DNA of 6,121 nt from a virus. Each line of letters starts with the position of its first letter. Position 1 is the first letter of the stretch. Positions 1-3,607 of this stretch are shown in pieces. The DNA lies in IMG/VR virus record IMGVR_UViG_3300045988_001885, positions 1-6,121 of that record. The stretch is one strand, 5' to 3'. The position numbers and the translations under genes are program-made. The notes below the pieces were generated by a model, which was given only the letters and a program-made list of their open reading frames with translations, made no database searches and was not told where the DNA came from.

Positions 1-55
1 ACTATTTCATGGGTATGTTGCCTAATTCCCAGTATGGTTCGGTAGCTGTTTTGCC
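1..55. repeat. Terminal redundancy, copy 1. It is identical to 6067-6121, so the window is a linearised circular molecule with a 6066-nt unit length.
   Basis: Base-by-base comparison: both ends read actatttcatgggtatgttgcctaattcccagtatggttcggtagctgttttgcc. The capsid reading frame is continuous across the junction (6066 and 9 are both 0 mod 3 once position 6067 is equated with 1). Confidence 0.95.
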
Positions 56-995
56 TTCGTATATTTCATCTGTTGGTGGTTCTAATGCTGTTGTTGCTCG
101 TGCTACACCTTATAAAGCAGGCTCTGCGGCTTCATTGGTTCAGAATCCTGTTGATTCTACTTCTTTATCTACCTCTTATGGTAATACTACTGGTGCTTCT
201 CGTTTTCTTACTCTTAATTCCGATCTTTCCGCTCTTTCAATTCGTGCTACTGAATACTTACAGCGTTGGAAAGAGGTAGTACAATTCTCTAGCAAGGATT
301 ATTCAGACCAAATGGCCGCCCAATTTGGTATTAAGGCTCCCGAATATATGGGTAATCATGCTCATTATATTGGCGGTTGGTCTAGTGTCATTAACATCAA
401 TGAAGTAGTTAATACCAATCTCGATGCCGATTCTTCTCAGGCTTCTATTGCTGGTAAAGGTATATCCAGTAACTCCGGACATACTATTACTTATGACTGT
501 GGCGCTGAACATCAGATAATTATGTGTGTTTATCATGCTGTACCTATGTTGGATTGGAATTTGACAGGACAGGCTCCTCAATTGACTGTCACTGCTATAA
601 CTGATTTTCCGCAACCTGCGTTTGACCAGCTTGGTATGCAGGCTGTCCCCGCTCTGAATCTTCAGAATAACCCCGGTCGTAGTGTTTCCGGTTCTCTTGG
701 TTATAACCTCCGTTATTGGCAGTGGAAATCTAATATCGATACTGTTCATGCTGGATTCCGTGCTGGTGCTGCTTATCAGTCTTGGGCTGCTCCTCTTGAT
801 GGCTGGCAAGTTTTGACTTCCGCTGGTGCTTGGTCTTATCAGTCCATGAAGGTTCGCCCCCAACAGTTGAATTCTATTTTTGTGCCTCAAATTGATGCTG
901 CTAACTGTTCGGTTGCGTTTGACCAGTTATTGTGTAATGTTAATTTTCAAGTATATGCTGTTCAGAACTTGGATAGAAATGGTTTACCTTATTAA
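1..995 (+). CDS. VP1: Microviridae major capsid protein (VP1 / F-like), C-terminal part. Same gene as 5307..6121; true structure is join(5307..6066,1..995) = 584 aa. Bases 1-2 complete the codon begun at 6066.
   Basis: Long ORF with strong NNT codon bias that continues in frame from the ORF opening at 5307. The combined size (584 aa) fits a non-Bullavirinae Microviridae capsid protein. The conserved-looking segment KDYFMGMLPNSQ spans the junction. Stop TAA at 993-995. Confidence 0.9.
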   Translation, partial: YFMGMLPNSQYGSVAVLPSYISSVGGSNAVVARATPYKAGSAASLVQNPVDSTSLSTSYGNTTGASRFLTLNSDLSALSIRATEYLQRWKEVVQFSSKDYSDQMAAQFGIKAPEYMGNHAHYIGGWSSVININEVVNTNLDADSSQASIAGKGISSNSGHTITYDCGAEHQIIMCVYHAVPMLDWNLTGQAPQLTVTAITDFPQPAFDQLGMQAVPALNLQNNPGRSVSGSLGYNLRYWQWKSNIDTVHAGFRAGAAYQSWAAPLDGWQVLTSAGAWSYQSMKVRPQQLNSIFVPQIDAANCSVAFDQLLCNVNFQVYAVQNLDRNGLPY

Positions 996-1007
996 TTGTG
1001 TGTCGTT

Positions 1008-1451
1008 ATGAGAAATTTTGCTTATAAAAATCCCGATTTTATTAAAAACGAGGTTGTTCCTGAATTGATTGAGGATAATCCGTGTTATCAACAGTCTGTA
1101 TATGATACAGTTATGTACGATGAATCTCCCGATGGTGATTTAATTCAGGCTGATATGACGCAGATTCTTCTTAACCAAGAAAAATATCGCCGTCTTCTTG
1201 GTGATATGAATGTTCAGAATATCCTTGCTCAGATGCATCCTACTCAGTCTACTGTTATGGATAATATGTCTGACGAAGAGCGCTTTAATTGTGTTATTTC
1301 CCGTCATTGTCAGACCATGTCTGAAAGACAGGCTGTATTGCAGCAATTGGCTAGTGAGAAGTCTGAGCTTACTAAATATGCTGAAACTATGTTGGCAGAG
1401 CAAAAGTCAGAGCCCGCTTCTGCGCCCGCCCCTGACGCTTCTGCTCAATGA
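1008..1451 (+). CDS. Hypothetical 147-aa acidic protein between VP1 and VP2; possibly an internal scaffolding (VP3-like) protein.
   Basis: First ATG (1008) of the ORF 996..1451, 12 nt after the VP1 stop. It shares the NNT codon bias of its neighbours. Its stop overlaps the VP2 start (ATGA at 1448-1451). It is Asp/Glu/Gln-rich with a low-complexity tail EPASAPAPDASAQ. I recognise no motif, so the function is guessed from size and position only. Confidence 0.7.
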   Translation: MRNFAYKNPDFIKNEVVPELIEDNPCYQQSVYDTVMYDESPDGDLIQADMTQILLNQEKYRRLLGDMNVQNILAQMHPTQSTVMDNMSDEERFNCVISRHCQTMSERQAVLQQLASEKSELTKYAETMLAEQKSEPASAPAPDASAQ

Positions 1452-2590
1452 GATTCTATGATATTGGAGAAAGCCCCTTAATGGGGCACTCCGAAAAGCA
1501 TATTGCTCCTCTTGTACTTGGTGGTATTATTGCTGCCGGTGCTTCACTTGCTGGTAATGCCATTGGTGCGTCATCTCAGAATAAGGCTAATCAGACCAAT
1601 ATTGATATTAACCGTGAGAACAATGCATTTAATGCTCAGCAGGCTCAGATCCAACGTGATTGGCAAGAGAAAATGTGGGGAATGAATAATTCCTATAATT
1701 CTCCTAATGCCATGATTTCTCGTGGTTTGAATCCGTTCATTCAAGGTTCTGCCGCTATGGCTGGTTCTAGGTCTCCTGCTTCAGGTGGTGCTGCTGCTTC
1801 TGCTGCTCCTCCTCCTAGTGTTCAGGCTTTTCGTCCTGATTTCTCTGATGTCGGCTCTGCATTGGCTTCTATGGCTCAGGCTCGTGCTGCTATGATTAAT
1901 GCTGAACAGAATGTTGCTCTTACACCGTATAAGATTGCTCAGATTCGTGGCGCTACTGATTATCGTAATATTGGGATTGGTGAGTCCGGTTATTGGAATA
2001 AGAGCACTGGTCGAGCGTCTGCATTATTGGATCAATCTAAGGAATATCAAGAGCTCAAAAATATGGAGTTTGCCGGTCGTCTTACTGAGGCGCAAGAAGC
2101 ACAGATCCTTTTGGATTCAGAAGCTCAGCAGGTATTGAATAAGTATCTTGACGAACAGCAGCAGGCAGATTTGTTCATCAAAGGTCAAACTTTAGCTAAT
2201 TTGTTTGCCCAAGGTGCTCTTACTGAGGCTCAGTATAAGACTGAGATGGTTAAAGCTGTTAAGTTGTCTGTCGAGACTAATGGTCTTAGAATTCAGAACA
2301 GGATAGCTGGAGAAACTGCTGACTCATTGATTTATGCTAATATACATGCTAATCGTGCTAATGGCATAGCTTCTTTTTGGGATTTTAAGAATGTAAATGC
2401 TATTAAGAAAGGCCAGCTTCAGAAAGACGAAGCCATCCGTGATTATTATAGGTGGTCTTCTAAGAATAAACAGAAAGATGTCGATTCGTTTGAATTGCGT
2501 AATGCTCTTGATTATGGTATTCGTTTTTTCCAAGGTGTTGGTAATAGTATAGGCCGTCAAGGTGTTGGTAATAATATAGGCCGTAGATAG
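1448..2590 (+). CDS. VP2: Microviridae minor capsid / DNA pilot protein (VP2, H-like), 380 aa. An alternative start is ATG 1481.
   Basis: The N-terminus has a Gly/Ala-rich hydrophobic segment (IAPLVLGGIIAAGASLAGNAIGASS). This is followed by the pilot-protein-like block NQTNIDINRENNAFNAQQAQIQRDWQEKMWGMNNSYNSPNAMISRGLNPF. Next comes an Ala/Gly/Pro linker, then a long Gln/Glu/Ala-rich helical (coiled-coil-like) region. The position after VP1 is as expected. Confidence 0.85.
   Translation: MRFYDIGESPLMGHSEKHIAPLVLGGIIAAGASLAGNAIGASSQNKANQTNIDINRENNAFNAQQAQIQRDWQEKMWGMNNSYNSPNAMISRGLNPFIQGSAAMAGSRSPASGGAAASAAPPPSVQAFRPDFSDVGSALASMAQARAAMINAEQNVALTPYKIAQIRGATDYRNIGIGESGYWNKSTGRASALLDQSKEYQELKNMEFAGRLTEAQEAQILLDSEAQQVLNKYLDEQQQADLFIKGQTLANLFAQGALTEAQYKTEMVKAVKLSVETNGLRIQNRIAGETADSLIYANIHANRANGIASFWDFKNVNAIKKGQLQKDEAIRDYYRWSSKNKQKDVDSFELRNALDYGIRFFQGVGNSIGRQGVGNNIGRR
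2531..2584 (+). repeat. Perfectly adjacent 27-nt tandem duplication (2531-2557 and 2558-2584) with one mismatch (G2547 vs A2574). It encodes QGVGNSIGR-QGVGNNIGR at the extreme C-terminus of VP2.
   Basis: caaggtgttggtaatagtataggccgt is followed directly by caaggtgttggtaataatataggccgt. The repeat is in frame and ends 3 nt before the TAG stop codon (2588-2590). Confidence 0.95.
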
Positions 2591-2608
2591 CATACTTCAG
2601 GACTAGAA

Positions 2609-2655
2609 GCCCATCGCGGCGCTTGAGCGATATACACCCGCCGCCCGCGTAGGGC
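2609..2655 (+). other. Imperfect GC-rich hairpin A.
   Basis: GCCC(2609-2612) pairs with GGGC(2652-2655). A 2x2 internal mismatch follows (AT/TA). CGCGG(2615-2619) then pairs with CCGCG(2645-2649). GCGGCG(2616-2621) with CGCCGC(2639-2644) is an alternative inner register. Confidence 0.6.
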
Positions 2656-2667
2656 CTGATATAATAT

Positions 2668-2713
2668 GGAGCGGAGCGACTTCCTTAAAGAAGCGTTCCG
2701 CTTCGGTATTTTA
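2668..2713 (+). terminator. Long hairpin B (15 bp with one bulged A and a 6-nt loop) followed by GGTATTTTA. Candidate intrinsic terminator for the VP4-VP1-VP2 transcript.
   Basis: GGAGCGGAGCG-A-CTTC (2668-2683) pairs with GAAGCGTTCCGCTTC (2690-2704) around the loop CTTAAA. Two pairs are G-T wobbles (2669-2703 and 2676-2696). A T-rich run TATTTT starts 3 nt after the stem. It lies 78 nt downstream of the VP2 stop. Confidence 0.4.
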
Positions 2714-2729
2714 GCACAGAGTGCGCAAA

Positions 2730-2751
2730 GGCAGGTTCTATCTGACCTGCC
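2730..2751 (+). other. Hairpin D: 7-bp stem with an 8-nt loop.
   Basis: GGCAGGT(2730-2736) tctatctg ACCTGCC(2745-2751). GCAC(2714-2717) can pair either with GTGC(2721-2724) or with GTGC(2752-2755); the second option would extend this helix. Confidence 0.6.
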
Positions 2752-2756
2752 GTGCC

Positions 2757-2772
2757 TATACACCCCTGTATA
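2757..2772 (+). other. Hairpin E: TATACA-CCCC-TGTATA.
   Basis: A perfect 6-bp inverted repeat with a 4-nt C loop. Its 5' arm plus loop (TATACACCC) is a direct repeat of 2631-2639. Confidence 0.6.
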
Positions 2773-2773
2773 C

Positions 2774-2822
2774 ATCCACTTCTCTAGATCTATTGGTAGT
2801 GGATCTAGGATCTGTTAATTAA
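2774..2822 (+). other. Cluster of overlapping inverted repeats and palindromes (hairpin F and alternatives).
   Basis: ATCCACT(2774-2780) pairs with AGTGGAT(2798-2804). CTAGATC(2784-2790) pairs with GATCTAG(2802-2808); the two helices share 2802-2804, so they are mutually exclusive. TAGATCTA(2785-2792) is a self-complementary 8-mer. GGATC occurs at 2801-2805 and 2808-2812, and there are three GATC sites within 26 nt. TTAATTAA palindrome at 2815-2822. Confidence 0.6.
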
Positions 2823-2846
2823 GCGAAGCCCCTAGTTGTGTCCGAA

Positions 2847-2880
2847 GGAAAACCCGAGTTATCATCTCGGTTTCTCTCTT
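2847..2880 (+). terminator. Hairpin G followed by a pyrimidine run; weak second terminator candidate.
   Basis: CCGAG(2854-2858) ttatcat CTCGG(2866-2870). With C2853 bulged, the stem extends through AAA(2850-2852)/TTT(2871-2873) and G2848-C2874. TCTCTCTT follows. The U-tract is poor, hence the low confidence. Confidence 0.25.
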
Positions 2881-2941
2881 CCCTCGTCCATAAACGCACA
2901 ACTCACACTCCATCACAAATGGTCCTCTCCCCACAATTTCT

Positions 2942-2982
2942 AAAAAAAAATTTTGGAAATACAAAAAAAACTTATACCTTTG
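2942..2982 (+). promoter_or_regulatory. Bacteroidota-type (sigma-ABfr-like) promoter: -33 TTTG (2952-2955), a 19-nt spacer, and -7 TAnnTTTG (TACCTTTG, 2975-2982), embedded in phased A-tracts.
   Basis: Exact match to both published Bacteroides/Flavobacterium consensus elements (TTTG and TAnnTTTG), with 19 nt between them. It lies in the only sizeable intergenic region and points at the downstream gene block. An AT-rich leader of ~45 nt without a Shine-Dalgarno sequence precedes ATG 3033, as is typical for Bacteroidota. A9 (2942-2950) and A8 (2963-2970) start 21 nt apart. Confidence 0.55.
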
Positions 2983-3032
2983 CCCCATGTAGAAGTTACA
3001 ACTATTATTAACCTTTTAAAATTATTACAATT

Positions 3033-3227
3033 ATGCAGAAATTTATTATTTCAGTTAAAGACAAAAATACTGGCCGTGATGTTATTTCGCCTTATATTGT
3101 CAATTCTCTCGATGGTCTTGGAACTTATTCTGAGCGAGTTTCTCCGTTGGGTTTTGTTGTTATTGTGGATTCGATTAAAGAGGAAAATGATTTTGTTGAA
3201 CTTAAAACTCAAAGTGATGAAAAGTAA
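3033..3227 (+). CDS. Hypothetical 64-aa protein (orphan); first gene after the promoter.
   Basis: ATG-initiated ORF with the same T-ending codon bias as the structural genes. It is net acidic with no hydrophobic segment, and I recognise no motif. Confidence 0.6.
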   Translation: MQKFIISVKDKNTGRDVISPYIVNSLDGLGTYSERVSPLGFVVIVDSIKEENDFVELKTQSDEK

Positions 3228-3300
3228 TAATATTTGGAAAATTGTGATTGGTGCTGTTTCCGCTGCTTTAGGTTATGTTCTTAATGCTATCGGGCTATGA
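3217..3300 (+). CDS. 27-aa small membrane peptide (MKSNNIWKIVIGAVSAALGYVLNAIGL); candidate holin-like or membrane-acting lysis accessory.
   Basis: The ATG at 3217 overlaps the end of the 64-aa ORF by 11 nt. Its TGA stop (3298-3300) overlaps the ATG of the peptidase gene (ATGA at 3297-3300). Third codon positions are T in about 17 of 27 codons, matching the genome's coding bias in a stretch (3228-3296) that no other gene covers. It has a short polar N-terminus followed by a 22-residue hydrophobic stretch. It falls below the ORF-track length cutoff. Confidence 0.5.
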   Translation: MKSNNIWKIVIGAVSAALGYVLNAIGL

Positions 3301-3605
3301 ATTGTACTCTTATGCATTTTCTTGAGTACTTGTTGTATTCTAATGTACATTTTACGATAACTAGCGCTCGCCGTACTCCTGAACAGAATAAGGCTTGTAA
3401 TGGTGTTCCTACATCCCAGCATTTGATAGGAGAGGCTATTGATATGAAGCCTTATGGTTCTACTACTTATAATCGGTTGCTTGAATATATTCACAGATAT
3501 TCGGATAATATTCATGTATTTGACCAGTTGATATTATATCCTGCATTCATTCATATTTCATTTGGCCATCGTAATCGTTGTCAAGTGATTGATAAACGTA
3601 AATAG
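3297..3605 (+). CDS. Peptidase_M15 (M15A / Peptidase_M15_3-like) zinc peptidoglycan peptidase, 102 aa; putative endolysin.
   Basis: Signature block ITSARRTPEQNKACNGVPTSQHLIGEAIDMKP. It resembles the family pattern SGYR-x-P-x-x-N-x-x-x-GG-x-x-x-SQH-x-x-G-x-A-x-D. Zn-ligand candidates are His at 3420-3422 and Asp at 3441-3443 (H-x6-D), with a distal His in FIHISF (3552-3554). There is no signal peptide or TM segment. Confidence 0.8.
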   Translation: MNCTLMHFLEYLLYSNVHFTITSARRTPEQNKACNGVPTSQHLIGEAIDMKPYGSTTYNRLLEYIHRYSDNIHVFDQLILYPAFIHISFGHRNRCQVIDKRK

Positions 3606-3607
3606 TT

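Larger units (their letters stand above)
2591..2940 (+). other. Compositionally anomalous, structure-dense non-coding region. Candidate structured RNA or 3' UTR, ssDNA complementary-strand origin, or recombination site.
   Basis: No ORF here shows the genome's codon bias. My hand count gives about 175 G+C in 350 nt (~50%), against roughly 40% in the coding lines I sampled. There are seven or more hairpins or palindromes back to back, listed separately below. Confidence 0.6.

Noticed and set aside
996-1007. TTG start at 996 given by the ORF track for the 151-aa version of the post-capsid ORF.
   Set aside because: It would begin immediately after the VP1 stop with the odd N-terminus MCVV. An in-frame ATG at 1008 is the more conservative start. 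The difference is 4 codons and does not affect interpretation.
2531-2584. Possible CRISPR-like or satellite repeat.
   Set aside because: There are only two directly adjacent copies with no spacer. They are in frame within VP2, so this is a simple tandem duplication.
2651-2670. Hammerhead-type ribozyme core near CCTGATATAA.
   Set aside because: The conserved CUGAUGA box is not present (the sequence reads CTGATAT), and no matching GAAA or stem arrangement was found in the island.
2714-2755. Resemblance of GCACAGAG...GCGCAAAGGCAGG to c-di-GMP-I (GEMM) riboswitch core strings, and of GGCAGGTTCTATCTGACCTGCC to a tRNA T-arm.
   Set aside because: Only short strings match. The second GEMM hairpin and the tetraloop-receptor arrangement are not evident. 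The supposed T-loop is 8 nt and lacks TTCGAAT, and no acceptor or anticodon arms can be drawn. A covariance-model scan would be needed to revive either idea.
2557-2775. Arg-rich 72-aa minus-strand ORF across the GC island, superficially like a small basic DNA-binding protein.
   Set aside because: It is on the wrong strand for this family and overlaps the VP2 3' end. Arg/Ala/Pro richness is what any open frame through GC-rich, palindrome-rich DNA gives. No promoter is evident on that strand.
3011-3040. dif/Xer-like site (AAAATTA-TTACAA-TTATGCAGAAAT) as a possible XerCD integration site. TGTATA at 2767-2772 was also considered.
   Set aside because: The arms match the dif consensus poorly, with only the TTATG core shared. 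The first candidate overlaps the start codon of the 64-aa ORF. The second is simply half of a 6-bp hairpin with a 4-nt spacer, which is the wrong geometry for 11-6-11 Xer sites.
2953-3216. 115-aa ORF 2953-3300 as a single two-TM holin-like protein (Leu-rich N-terminal half plus the hydrophobic C-terminus).
   Set aside because: Its listed start is a TTG inside the promoter, upstream of the predicted transcription start. The portion overlapping the 64-aa ORF lies in the artefact frame and shows the typical poly-Leu pseudo-sequence. Only the last 27 codons (3217-3300), which lie beyond the 64-aa ORF, show genuine codon bias and are retained as a separate small CDS.
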